A stretch of 64,000 nt of DNA. It comes from Zootoca vivipara. Taxonomy: Eukaryota. The notes under the pieces were generated by a model that was not told the origin of the DNA, searched no databases, and saw nothing but the letters and a program-made list of their open reading frames with translations. Positions within the stretch are counted from its first letter, which is position 1. Every line of letters begins with the position of its first letter. Below, piece after piece: positions 11,411 to 23,961 of this stretch. The position numbers and the translations under genes were made by a program. The stretch lies in contig NC_083276.1 in assembly GCF_963506605.1 (NCBI RefSeq), positions 81,592,001 to 81,656,000 of the forward strand, read 5' to 3'.

Positions 11411-12522
11411 CTGTGGAATGAAGAAAAGCTTTAAGAGAACCACCTGAACTGTGATTTGAAAGTCTCTGTTGAACCCATACAGGCCCAAAGCAATGAATGG
11501 TTTGACTACTGGGAAGAAAGCACAATTCCACCAGTGTTCAGAGAGTTCAGCCCAAACTTCCCAATTCTGTTTTCTACTTCATAGGAGAGATGCAGTAATT
11601 AGGGATGAGATTTCCTGTTCAAAAAAAGTGTTCTTACTAGAGCTGTTGCATTACTCAGTTAAAAAAAGAATCAATTATAAATTTTATATATATATACCCA
11701 CCTGTGATTAAATCTGCTGACCAATTTAACTTTTAATACTAGTTCTGATACCAGTTTGCTCAGTGCCTACTGTATTGTCACTTTGATTTTCTAAATCTCT
11801 GTAGATGCAATTTTAGTCATACCACATTTATAATTTTGGGACGTTTATTTTTGTATGAACATTTGAATGGCTTTACTCTTTTTTTTCAACCATCCAGTGG
11901 ATTGGATTCAAGGGTGATACAATAATTACTTATAGATGGCAAACAACACCTAAAGAGAGGCATTCCCTCCCAGATGAAGAAAAAGGAGGAAATAATACTT
12001 CTACACATACATTATTTAAAACAAAAGCAAAAAAAGGTGTGCTCTTTCTTTTGGAACCATTTCTCCCCTCATATGCAAATGTATGTCAATTTAACCAATT
12101 AAAGCTAAAATAATTAATAGACTTAAGGGTTGCATCCAATACCCTCAGTGTGCTAGCAGAAGGATCTTTGCATCAGCAGTGTTTTCTCTCTTTCAATGCT
12201 GGGCAACAGGTCTGCTGTTGGAAATGCCCCACATGAACGAAATGACACAAAACTACCATTTATTTCTATTTCTGTCCTTAGGAATTGTATCTGCAGATGC
12301 AAGTTGTCCACCTATGGTACTTCTTGTGCAAAAAGGACCCACTATCAGAGCAAATTCAACACTGGCTCACTTTAGGATTGTGCTGGGTGCAACCCCAAGA
12401 TTTCTTCTATCAGGCAGCAGCCAGCTCTACCCAGGAATCCCTTCTAGAAAGCAAAATGCATGAAACAACCCATGGGGGTACCATCCTTAGTCAGACGATG
12501 CAAGTAACAGGCAGGTACTCAC

Positions 12523-12671
12523 CAATGCTCAATGATCACACGACAGCCCAATTCTTCATCCTTCTTCGGTTTCTTGGGTGATTCCTCAGCAACATTCCTC
12601 TCCAGTCCTTCAGATGTTGCAGTCTTGGCCTGAGGTGCCTCTGCCTTCCTCTTCCTCCCTTTGGGGGCCAT
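12523..12671 (-). CDS. SELENOH: Selenoprotein H, first coding exon
   Basis: MAPKGRKRKAEAPQ...RVIIEH-C with basic NLS; donor TG|gtgag; tandem acceptor tgtag|tag| immediately upstream implies a non-coding exon 1. Confidence 0.93.
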
Positions 12672-12845
12672 TCTACTACAAAGGCAAACACATGAGGGTA
12701 GGGAAAATAATGCCCCACTCGCCCCACTAGGCTGCACATCTCAATGCATGTGGCCAGCCTTCCTAAGGGGAACCGCCAAGAAGATGCAGCTCCTTGGGTT
12801 TGCTTTAGCTGCCTTATACCAAGTAAGATCATGATGCATCTAGCT

Positions 12846-12981
12846 CAGGCATCCCCAAACTTCAGCCCTCCAGATGTTTTGGTCTACAATTCCCATCTTC
12901 CCTGACCACTGCTCCTGTTAGCTAGGGATCATGGGAGTTGTAGGCCAAAACATCTAGAGGGCCACAGTTTGGGGATGCCTG
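12846..12981. mobile_element. Palindromic hAT-type MITE (family A)
   Basis: TIRs caggcatccccaaact; 8-bp TSD atctagct. Confidence 0.9.
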
Positions 12982-13140
12982 ATCTAGCTCGGTATTGTCC
13001 AAAGGGAAGGACAGATCTGCATGCAAAATACTGCATGCAACTAAGTAAGCAAGCAGCAAGCAAGCAAGCAAACTGAGCTACAGCCTGTCCCTTTCTGCAA
13101 AGAACATTATAGTATCAATCCTGACAAAAGAACCCTGAAG

Positions 13141-13266
13141 CAGGCATAGGCAACCTTGGCGCTCCAGATGTTTTGGAACTACAACTCCCATGATCCCTAG
13201 CTAACAGGGCCAGTGATCATGGGAGTTGTGGTTCCAATTCTGGAGAGCCAAGGTTGCCTATGCCTG
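13141..13266. mobile_element. Palindromic hAT-type MITE (related subfamily)
   Basis: TIR caggcataggcaaccttggc/gccaaggttgcctatgcctg; degenerate TSD ccctgaag/tcctaaag. Confidence 0.8.
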
Positions 13267-13883
13267 TCCTAAAGCCACAAGGAGGACACTAGAAAGGCTT
13301 ACGTGCTAAGCATTTAGAAATTGGGTTATCAAACCTCTTTCAGAACACAGGTTGATTTACGTGTATTCACTTTCAAGCAAAGAGAATGCGAGCCTATGTA
13401 AACCAATACCGTATTCTTAAAAACCTTTTTAATTACAGTAAGTAGTTACACAGGGCGGGGTGGGGAGAACGTGAAAAGTAGCCTTTAATTGCAAACCGCC
13501 CGAAGAACTTTTCTGTTAATGAGCGGCATATAAATATTGAAATTTAAAAGAAAAGAATTAGGAGAGCTTGTTATCTCGAAGAAGCGAAAATAACGGCAGA
13601 AATAAGCCCCGCCCCCCCAAAAAACACCCAGGACGCCAAAAAATCCAACTAGAGGAGGAAAAAGCAACAGCAGTTAACCAGAGCAGCAAGCAGGATGAAG
13701 CCAGCACAGAGGAGCAGCCAATTATCGTAGGAGAGAAGCGCCTACGAAGAGGGACAGAAAGAAAGCAGCACGAACCGTATCCCATTTGTTTGGAGAGACC
13801 CGAAACAAAAGTGATAAGAGAGCCAGATTGCAAAAAAAATCTGGATAGAGACTCCTACCCGTTGCACAAGCGAGCAATCTCAC

Positions 13884-14330
13884 CTTGCCTTTCTTCCTTC
13901 TTGCAAAGGCGCTACAGCCCACGCGCAGCTTGAGGACGACAAAGGAAAATACACTGCGGGACCAACCACGTGCGCCGATGATGGGAGGAGAGACCCGGAA
14001 ATATAATAACGCTAAAGTCGGGAAAGTCACAAAAGCAGCAGTCTCCTAGTTGGCCAGTTCAGCAAATGGGACGCCTTCTGAGGATGGCAGCCTTAGCTAT
14101 CAAAACATTTTGTTATGATGAAAGAATAGCAATCGCAGGCAGGACTTTTAACCGCCCCCACCCTGTTCAAAGAGGTTTTGCAAGGTGGTTGCTGCCACTT
14201 ACACAAGCCCCTCTCTGCAAATCGCGATGAAGTTCTGCAGCAGCCAATCCCGGCTCGCTCCCGATCCTGGCTGCTAAGGTAGCGTCGCTGGTTTAGGGTT
14301 TCGCTGCAATTCCCCGCTTAGTACTTATCG
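13884..14330 (-). promoter_or_regulatory. Probable SELENOH promoter and non-coding exon 1
   Basis: CpG-enriched; ETS-like CCGGAA near 13995, CCAAT near 14244; donor aag|gtgag at 13884/13883. Confidence 0.5.
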
Positions 14331-15731
14331 TGGGCAACCAGGTTCGTTTTCATGCGATGAAGCAGTGGAAACATCCGCTGCACCATGTTGGGGTGGGTTG
14401 GTCCTTCTACAAAAGATCACTTAATGCGGATGATCCCTATGCCCGAGTTTTAAATATAGAAGGGTTTTTTCTTATCTATTCCGTTATGTTAATCGAAGGT
14501 ATAAAAAGAGCGTGGCAGGGTGCAGGAAGTATGAGTTGAGTCAGAAAATACTGTTTTGCACGGTTTCGAGGTAAATAGGTATAAGCTAGCCGTTGTAATA
14601 ACTTCTGTCCGAGGTTTGCTATTTAGCTCTCTTTTGCCTTAAAGAAAATGGGTTTCTTAAAACCAAATCCCCCAAACTCTCCCTATCTTCTAATGCAGTA
14701 CTCTTGTCTTGTGGCATGGCAGCAGACGAAGGACAGATCCACACATTCACAGTACTCCATCACAACTGATTACATGCGAGTATCAGGTTGAAAGCAGCCA
14801 TGGGAAGTGATTTTGCGCTGTCAGTGATGGGTGTGAACAGACGATTCACACTCGTCATCATATGGCATTGTAGCAAACACAGAACCTTTGGTATTTTTGT
14901 TGTGACTGCTCTGTAATCTTTGGATGAAGGGCAGTATACACATTTAATAAATAAAATAACAGGGATGAACAGCTCCTACCTTTCCTTAGTAAGACACATC
15001 CACCTTCTAAGTTAGGAGCCCCCCAACTACTTTTAGGGAACTTGTTTCATTATCTAACCTAGCAGAACCACTCCCTAACCATCTTATGTAGTTCCATTGT
15101 AAACTGAGCTGCCTGCTTCTAATTCCTGAAGTTTGTGCTATTTTCCTTTCTTCTGCTCCTTAAGTTGTACTGCTCCTTAAAGTTGTTGCATTTGACACTT
15201 GTATTCGCAAACATACGTGGAACACAAAAAGCTTCTATTTGGATACCAGCATGGCATGGCATGGCATCCCTACCCTCACTTTTCCTTCTATATCATACTT
15301 TCCACATTGTTCCCATTTCTCAAATCTTTGTCTCTGATTGTATCTGCCTTTAATTAGGAGGAAACAATGTAGGCATGCCCTTCAGAAGCACAAGCTGGCA
15401 TTCTGATCTAAGCAAGGTTCTTTTTATTCCCTTCTTACAGGTTTACTGTTATAGTGCTGCCACTCTGTGGCCTACACTGTCCTTTCACATCTGGCTTGTC
15501 AGTGGTGTCTTTTTTGGCCCAGCCTATGAACAGTTGCATGTCTGGGGAAGACAAAAGCAATGCCTTTGCACGTGTGAGGAACAGCAGTACACCAAAAGAT
15601 CAGAGTAAGCTGAGGGCAGCTATTCTTCAAACACAATTTCTTTTTTCTTTAAAGGTTTAAAAGCAGGTATGTGGGGGGCGGGACGGTCTGGATTGGTACT
15701 ATGGTGCACGGTGTTAACCCTTCCCCTAACT

Positions 15732-15949
15732 CAGTGGTGGCCAAACTTGGCCCTCCAGCTCGTCAAGTTCTCCCTTTTTTAAAGGGAAATTCCCTTATGC
15801 TGAATAGGCTTCCTTGCGAGAAAAGGGAAAACTTGACAGCTATGCTCCAGCTGTTTTCAGACATCATTCCTGACCACTGGTCCTGTTAGCTAGGGATGAT
15901 GGGAGTTGTAGTCCAAAAACAGCTGGAGAGCCAAGTTTGGTCACCACTG
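15732..15949. mobile_element. hAT MITE carrying a nested second MITE
   Basis: TIR cagtggtggccaaacttgg/ccaagtttggtcaccactg; 8-bp TSD ccctaact. Confidence 0.85.
15761..15844. mobile_element. Nested short hAT MITE (family B)
   Basis: Near-identical (inverted) to 46719-46809; 8-bp TSD ctccagct. Confidence 0.85.
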
Positions 15950-16491
15950 CCCTAACTGAACCTCACAGTTAGTTTTCCCCAGGGTGAAAACATACACCTA
16001 TCTATAGGATTGACCTCAGCTAACTATTCAGGAGGGGGAATTTTAATAAGGAAAATAGAAGAGGAAGACTTAAATCTCTCCCCTCCTCCCACATTGTAGT
16101 CCAGCTTCAAACTGATGCTTCCTCCATCTAAAAACTGGTGGAGACCCTAGTTGGACTTTTCCAAGATCTTCCCAGTGACTCAGCCAGCATGCTTACAGCT
16201 TGGTAGAGAGCACCAAGAAGGATAGCGTGGCAAAGCCCTCACCCCATACAGAAGAGTTCAGCCGTAAACAGTGAACAGAATTTACTTGGTCACTAGGAAA
16301 CATTCTTTTAAAAGAAAAAGAAAAGAATGCCCTGAGATCTATGGATGAACAGTATACTATGGACAGTATACAAATTTAATAAATAATAATGATAATAATA
16401 AGCAAATGCTTGCATAAATCACTACAGACTGTGGTCATATTCCAACTCAGAAACAAAAAGAAGGCTCCAGAAAAAGACATCCCCAAGTTTG

Positions 16492-16497
16492 TTTATT
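16492..16497 (-). terminator. Candidate TMX2 polyadenylation signal
   Basis: AATAAA on minus strand about 1 kb after the stop. Confidence 0.5.
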
Positions 16498-17484
16498 AGA
16501 GATAGCCGTATAAGACAATTAACAGAAGTGTGAAGGTGGATGAGTACAGTGAAGTGGAGTTTGTTCCTATCCACAAACAAGCTCCCTGGGTTGGAAATGG
16601 AGTTAGCAGCTATAAGAACCCTGCCAATTATGACTCTGGGCGGCAGATGCAACTACTCCTCCAGTTTGGGGGCAGGAGGGACCCCCTTCTTACTGCACAC
16701 CCTCAGCATATTACACCACGCAAGCAGCTGATGACGATGATGATGCAGAGAACAGGAAATCTTTAAGGACTGCATGGCTGCTGCTTATTCTCTGGCACAG
16801 CAGCACTTTCAAGTTCAGCAAAGAAACATTGTGCGTCCACCCATTGGCTTTTAAAGCCCAAAACATATGGGAAGAGACCACATAGGTTCTGCAGTCAGTA
16901 CAGTAGAGGGCAGTGGGTAGCAAGTAGTCAAAATTGGTCAATGACACCTGTAGCTTCTCAGCCACAGATAGGACCCTGCGTAAAACCAATTCAAACAGGA
17001 GTGAGGTGTCACAGCTTTGACAGGAGGGAGTCAATTCCACCAAAAGTGGCAATTCCTCCCATCCTGCCCATTTACAGTGTCCACTGAGTTCTTGCTCCCC
17101 CCCAGTAGCTCTTATTCATTGCCAGAGAAGCCTGCAGCCCCATATCTAGATGCAGAAACATGTTCTAGCTTCTATAGAGTTGGGGCCACATCTTATCTTG
17201 CTGAAACTACACCTAGCAACTCCCGGAAGGAGGATCAGGGGATGGGGGAAGTCCCAAAGAAACATGTAGCTGCCAGCAGAGAGGCACTGAGCCCAGGAGG
17301 ATAGAAGCTCCCTGGCAACTACACTCAGAAGATAGAAGCTCCCTGGCATGTACAATCATCTCCCAGCACCAGCGTTGTGGGTGAAAGCAGCTTGTGGCTG
17401 ATGTCCCAGGAGAGAGCTCAGAATGGCAATGGAAGAGGAGTGGGGAGCTAAACAGTAAAGGAACACAGTCCAGTCCTCTGGGCT

Positions 17485-17628
17485 CTATTTGTCCTTCTTG
17501 CTCTCTCCATTGGGGACCTCAGGGGCAGCAGGCTGTTCTGGAGACTCCTCTGGGACCTCGGGCTGCTTAGACACTTTCTTGGCTCTCTGGTACAGCTCGT
17601 TCAAGTTGAATTCCCGAATCACATTCTC
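17485..17628 (-). CDS. TMX2: Thioredoxin-related transmembrane protein 2, exon 8
   Basis: [18 protein letters not shown]...GESKKDK* with C-terminal di-lysine ER retrieval signal. Confidence 0.95.
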   Translation of the reverse strand, partial: ENVIREFNLNELYQRAKKVSKQPEVPEESPEQPAAPEVPNGESKKDK

Positions 17629-17750
17629 CTGTGACAAAAAGAAAGATCAGCATTGTTTTGTGTTGCCTTGTACTGACCCCGCCCCCAGCTTAAAACAAGG
17701 AGCACATCTGATATTGACAGCATACAAATGAAACTTCAGATAGAATGTAC

Positions 17751-17880
17751 CTCCGAAAAATTCCATGAGACTGCTCGTCCCTTTTTATCAATCTGTGGCC
17801 GGCGCATCACCTCCTTCCCACCTTGGAAAAGGATTAGTGTGGGCAACTGCTTAGTGAGAGGAGATGTACTGACTTTGTAC
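17751..17880 (-). CDS. TMX2: TMX2 exon 7
   Basis: [43 protein letters not shown]; AG/GT boundaries, 130 nt. Confidence 0.95.
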
Positions 17881-18298
17881 CTGTGAAGAGACGGAGGGCT
17901 TGAGTCCAGGGAGAATAAGAAAAGGAACATCTGGCCAGAGATTAATGTGGGCCAGGAAATTTTCTAGTGTTTTGTTTTTTCCTTCAGGAAATATTGTTCC
18001 ACAGGTTCGTTAGTCATAATGAATGCCAACTACAAATAATTATTAGGTCACCAAAGCTGATTCTAAGTTTTTAGACTTGTTTATTAAATTCAAGTAAAAT
18101 AAACAGGCTAATTACATCTCTCTAAGAAATCAGAAAATTTTCTGATTTGAATTACCCTAATATGAATTACTCAACACGGCATCTCCTCTTCCCACACTGC
18201 CCTACTAATGCAAAACAAGTTTTCATGGTGCTGCATATCACACACCTAGCCTTGTGGTCTTCCTCATTCTCCTAAGGTTCCTACAGCAAATAGCTCAC

Positions 18299-18364
18299 CT
18301 GGTGCTCACATCAGGGTAGCGGCCCACATCCACCTTCCCAAAGTTCAATCCGGTGCAGTTGTAT
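18299..18364 (-). CDS. TMX2: TMX2 exon 6
   Basis: YNCTGLNFGKVDVGRYPDVSTR; 66 nt. Confidence 0.95.
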
Positions 18365-19626
18365 CTGAAGAGGCACAGCAATGGTTAGTATGCAGGCAGA
18401 AACACCATGAAACAAAGTAGACGCTTATTATTTCATTAATGGTCACATTCTGTTTTCTTCCTGCATGGAACTCAAGGCAGCATACATATGTTTCCCAGAC
18501 AATTTCCCATCCAGACACTAACCAAACCTAGATGATCTCAGCTTCAACCAAGGTTGCGGCATCATGTGCTTTCAGACAATAACACAGAATATTAAAGAAC
18601 ACGGAAAGCACAGCCTTAAGCTGATTCCAGGGGCTTTCTCCCTTCTCTCAAGTTTGAACTACTCCTCTGGGAAGCTTTAGATTTTACTGTGTTGAGTTAT
18701 ACAGCCACCCTTTTCCTGCTTATGCAACCACGATGTTGATGTGTAACTCAACTCTACAGGGACTAAAAAGGAAAACACTTTCTACACTAGGGCCATCTAC
18801 TGGTCATTGCTGGAAGCAATAGGTTGCTTCAAAAAAGCCATTGGTGGCCAGGCCCTTGCCAAGAGCCACTTAAAGAGCAATCCTTCACTTTGGAACCTCA
18901 GGATAAGGAGAGGCCTTTGCCTCAGTTGAATGTCTAGCGGGGTCACCAGAATCTCTTATGGAGTCCCCCCCCCCAGAAACTGCCAGTAGCTAATGAGCTA
19001 TTGCCACCATTCATCTCCCATTAGTTCAACTGCTAGGTCTCATAAACCTCAGAACGGGAACCACCATAAACTCTCTTGGGAACTAATTTTCTTCAATTTT
19101 AAATTGTCAGTCTATATAAAGGATTAGCACTAACCCCCTGCAACCACAAGGGCCTGGATTCATGGACATTCCCTATTTGTTAGAGTTCCTTCCCATTAAA
19201 GTTTGTTTTAGAGGATACAAATTTTTCCTCTTTTAAACCATAACTTGCATGCCTATAGTAACACTCTTTCTTAAAAGCCAGCGGTACATCAGGGGCTGCT
19301 ATCAGAATAATCTGGCGAGTTTATCTTTGTTCACCCAACAAATGAAATATTGTATCTTAGAAATATAATAATAAGAATAAGAATAAGCCACTTTTCATCC
19401 ATAGATTTCAGGGCAGTTCATAGCATAAAAATACACACTCATCTTAGCCCAGTAGTTATCACACTGGAACATACTGGACTCAATGCCTCTCTGTATACCC
19501 TTCAGCACAACAAAAATGCTGAGTGCCGGAGGTAAAGCATGCATCACACTATAGGCATCACATGTGCCTGAAGTCTGCCTGCCCCTGCGCTAAGACACCA
19601 TACTTTATTAAAGAGTAAACCACTCA

Positions 19627-19773
<147 letters not shown>

Positions 19774-20684
19774 TCAAATGTCCACATACGACACTTCAAT
19801 AGAGTTGAAAGGATACAGAAGGACAATCCCTATCCTGAAGCAGGATCACACAACCATCAACCCTTCTCTAACCTGGTGCCCTCCAACATGGTTTGCATTC
19901 CAGTTCCCATCAGCCCCAGCCAGAATGGCCAATGAGGATGGATGACAAGGAGTTACAGCTTAATAACACCTGGAGGGCACCAGGTTGGGGAAAGCTGCTG
20001 CACAGAAGGACCAGCAATCACAATTCAAACCCATAGAGTTCCAGGAGTTGAGAGGCACTGGCAAAGAACAGGTTATCAGTAGAAGCCTGATGGATCAGCA
20101 GCCAGCCCAGCACCCTCTCTTACAGTGGCCAACCAGATGCCTATGTGAAGCCCACAAGGTCAGAGCGTAACAGCACTTTCCTTACTTGTGCTTCCTAGAA
20201 ACTAGGATTCAGATGCAAACCGCCTCCAATATTAGAGGCAGTACACAACCACCATGGCGTAGCTCCAAATAGTTCATATACTAGGCTACATCCAATAGTT
20301 ACCTTCATGCTTGCACTTCTCTCTGTGTTTAAGACTACCTGTATCTGGAAAGTGCTCCCTTTGTCTGAACTTCAGAGCTTAGGGCAAGGCTTTTTCAGTT
20401 GGGCTGAACCAGTCCCATTCCACCACCAGTAACCTACATCAATGTAGACTGCCAATGACACTCTTTGCTCAGATCTTCTTAGGTCTCCATACTCTCAGTT
20501 CTCGTGTTAATATGTACCATTTCTATAAAATATTTTAAATAGTATTTTATATTCCATACCTATAAACAAAATTTCCACAATGCTCGCAGGGCGGTAAGAC
20601 TGCATGCAACTTTTCAAAATAACCAATCAGCAAGAGGAAACAGCAGTACAGAATAATAAACTTGAGGCCTCCTTAAGCAGAGCT

Positions 20685-20890
20685 AATGCAGTGCAATGGT
20701 TAGATAAAGTGTCAAACTAGAACCTGGAAGATCGGGGTTCAAATCTGCACTCGGTAGTGAAGCTCAGTGAGGGACCTTGGGCCAGACACTTTCTCTTTGG
20801 CCAATCTACCTCAGATGTTACTGGTAGTTATGAGAACAAAGTGTGTGTGAATGTATAGAATACATGCCTCCTTGAGCTCCAAGAAAGAAA
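20685..20890 (+). mobile_element. Old MIR-like tRNA-derived SINE
   Basis: A/B-box-like head (aatggttaga...ggggttcaaatc) and core gaccttgggcc...acctcag; degraded. Confidence 0.45.
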
Positions 20891-21274
20891 AGGTAGAACA
20901 TACAGTTAGAGCAGCAACAGTGAACATCTATGGCCTGGGAAGTGGTCAGTTATCATCATCATCATCTCCCTGCTGGTTCAGTCACTGCTGCTGCTGCCAG
21001 GAAAAGCCAGGAGCTGCAGACTATCCAGTTGCCCGAGAATAAATGTTCCAGATCCAGGAACAAAAGTGGGAGGGGAACCTTGTTGAAGCAGTGTCTCCTT
21101 TTCAGCCAGCACTGCCTATTTCTGTTTTAACAAGGGTTTTTATTGTGTTCATTTTCTTACTGTAAGGAAACTAGGTCAGCATTGATATAATAAGCTATAC
21201 CCAAAATAATAAGCTATACCCAGTTTATCCAATTCCCCAAGAACAAATGAGAGTGCAGAGAATAAAATACTCAC

Positions 21275-21351
21275 ATCTATTGTTTTATCACTGAAATATT
21301 TGATGTATTCAGGACCCAGGTACAGAGGTGGCTTGCAGGTCATCAGGAACA
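21275..21351 (-). CDS. TMX2: TMX2 exon 4
   Basis: [26 protein letters not shown]; 77 nt. Confidence 0.95.
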
Positions 21352-21387
21352 CTGAAAAGGCACACACCAAGCACAGCTTAACTAGCA

Positions 21388-22173
21388 CATGGGTAGGCAA
21401 ACTAAGGCCCGGGGGCCGAATCCGGCCCAATCACCTTCTAAATCCAGCCTTTATTCGAAGAATAAAGAAATACCCAATATTTTGGAGTGGCAGGAGAAAT
21501 TGTTTGGAAATTTAGACCTGGATAACCTGACCAATTCAATCAGAGGGTATTCCAATAAGAAATTCCATCACAATTGGAAAAAATTTGGAGTACATGAAGG
21601 GACAGTGCCCCACAATAAAATCCTGGGTTTATTTCTAAGGCCTCGTACTGAGCTGATTTGATTTAACTTAAGTTGATAAAGCTGAATGATGATGAATCCT
21701 TTTTTCCTTTTTTTGTGTGAGTTATGGAGAGGAGGAGATATAGGGGAATAAATAAAGGTGAATATAGCCGAAATGTATTTTGATTATTATGATTTTGGGT
21801 ATGAATGAGTATTTGAATGTACTGTATGATTTTTGTTTTCTTTTGTTTGTAATTTCTTTATGATTATGAGTATTATTATTTATGTTTGATGCTGTATGAT
21901 ATTAATTTTTATGTTATATTTTCATTATTATTTCATTATATGATATATTTTCATTATTATTTATATATGATTGTGTATGTTATTGTTTCTATATTATTGT
22001 TTTTTGAGTGTGTATGTGATTTTGTGATTGTATTTTAATTTGAATTCCAATAAAGTTTATTTAATTTTTTTTAAAAAAAGGAATTCATTCATCCCCCCCA
22101 AAATAGTCCAACCCCCCACAAGGTCTGAGGGACAGTGGACCGCCCCCCTGCTGAAAACGTTTGCTGACCCCTA
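21388..22173. mobile_element. hAT/Charlie-like element interrupted by a LINE 3' end
   Basis: Left end 21388-21449 and right end 22080-22173 match the two ends of the element at 8752-9050. Confidence 0.75.
21450..22079 (+). mobile_element. 5'-truncated L1/Tx1-like LINE 3' end
   Basis: KNKEIPNILEWQEKL...HHNWKKF resembles an L1-clade ORF2 C-terminus; AT-rich 3' UTR, AATAAA 22049-22054, A-tail. Confidence 0.6.
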
Positions 22174-22313
22174 GTTTAGCACTATTGCTGGGATGGGATT
22201 AGGAAGCTGCTTTATATGGGACCAGAGTGTTTGTCCACCTACTACAGTATTGTCTAAGCTTTGACTCCTCCCTGCTTTAGAGATTGGCAGAATTCTCCAA
22301 AGGTTCCCTAGAT

Positions 22314-22449
22314 CAGGCATCTCCAAACTGCGGCCCTCCAGATGTTTTGGCCTACAACTCCCATGATCCCTAGCTAACAGGACCAGTGGTCAGGGAAGAT
22401 GGGAATTGTAGTCCAAAACATCTGGAGGGCCAAAGTTTGGGGATGCCTG
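22314..22449. mobile_element. Palindromic hAT-type MITE (family A)
   Basis: TIRs caggcatctccaaact/agtttggggatgcctg; CTAG-containing flanks. Confidence 0.88.
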
Positions 22450-22782
22450 ATCTAGGTTATATTCTCCTCTTGCCAGGAACAAAGATTCCTCCAGCCCACA
22501 GCCCTCCTCCAATAGCTCAAGCAAATGGAATTCAGGCAGCAGGTTCCAGCTGCAGTGTTAGATATGTCAATCATGGGATAGTCTTTACTTCCACTTAATG
22601 CAAATTGGCATTGCCCTATAAACAAGAATAATGCCCCAAAATAGAGGAATTATGAAAGAGTTATTATGTGGTAATGCAGAACTGGTGGATTTTGTGTCTA
22701 AAGTCCTATTATTTATGATGTCCAAGTCCTCCTCAATTGATATAACTAGAACTAGAACTAGGATGTAACTAGGATGACTCAC

Positions 22783-22896
22783 CTAAACAGAGGGTGAGGT
22801 AGAGCAGTCCCATTCTGATGTCAAGGCGGAAAAAAAGGATGACATTGGCTACTTTGCTGAACATGAAGATGTTTCCCACATGCTGGTCCACAGTAA
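22783..22896 (-). CDS. TMX2: TMX2 exon 3
   Basis: [38 protein letters not shown]; 114 nt; AAG acceptor after a (CT)n tract. Confidence 0.93.
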
Positions 22897-23654
22897 CTTG
22901 AGAGAGAGAGAAAGAGGCACATTCTTATGGCTGATATTATCTGCATCACTGCTAGGCCCAGCAACAAGCTGGAATTTTGAATGAAGCTTAACTTTTTAAA
23001 AATTTGTGGAAGCTTTCTGTGCAAGACAGATTACATACTTAGAATGCCTATTGATAGATATACAGACACGGTGTAGTTTTCAAGGTCTGTGTGAGTTTCT
23101 TGTCAAATGAGTTCTGTCCTAGGCTAACGTTGTACAGTTTTGTATTTTACAGCATGTGCTGTAGCTTTTTGCATTTCCTGCAAATGATACTACTACCGGT
23201 AAGTGTGTTCTTTTCATGCCTATAGGTCATTTCTGCTTCCCATATCATTTCAGGCTAAACCCCACATTCTGCATATCCTTTCATCTTAAGCAATCACTGT
23301 TCTCCACTGTATTCTTATCACCTCCATGTTGACATTCACTTATTCTCACCCATAATAGACCAAGGCTTGGCACATAGAAGCTTTGCCCTGCTGGCCTCCA
23401 TATCTTTGTATTATGTAACAGAAAACAAAAGAAACAGACAGGTCACCTTTTGAAGCCGCTCCTAAAGCAGGAATGCACAGGGACAACGCACCAATTGTGG
23501 CAGAGGAACAAGGACCTAGCAGCAGCCATTCATCTTAAAACTTTTGAAATCATTTAGGGGCTTTCTGTTTCTGTGTGCATTTTTGACACAACCTCATCCC
23601 ACTTACATCCCACTCTGTACTAGCTATTTTTTGTTCAAAACATACTGACTAGAC

Positions 23655-23790
23655 CAGGCATCCCCAAACTTCGGCCCTCCAGATGTTTTGGACTACAATT
23701 CCCATAATCCCTGACCACTGGTCCTGTTAGCTAGGGATCATGGGAGTTGTAGGCCAAAACATCTGGAGGGCCGCAGTTTGGGGATGCCTG
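23655..23790. mobile_element. Palindromic hAT-type MITE (family A)
   Basis: Near-perfect TIRs; 8-bp TSD gactagac. Confidence 0.92.
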
Positions 23791-23900
23791 GACTAGACCA
23801 TACTGACTTTAAAGAAAATAAGATTTTGATACAAGTTAAAACCAGCTGTGAAATCTTTGTTTTCTGAAAAAGAGAGATATAAAGAACAAGCATTACTTAC

Positions 23901-23961
23901 TGGATCTGCGGTTCTTCATCATCACAATGGCACTGAGGAACATAAGAATCTCCACCTCGCG
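23901..23961 (-). CDS. TMX2: TMX2 exon 2
   Basis: REVEILMFLSAIVMMKNRRS; 61 nt. Confidence 0.95.

Noticed and set aside
13568-13933. 121-aa basic ORF
   Set aside because: Antisense to the SELENOH 5' region, TTG start, compositional artefact of purine-rich sequence
14277-15670. Possible divergent plus-strand lncRNA from the SELENOH promoter (donor-like 14279, acceptor 15440)
   Set aside because: Isolated splice-like motifs are common by chance; no transcript evidence
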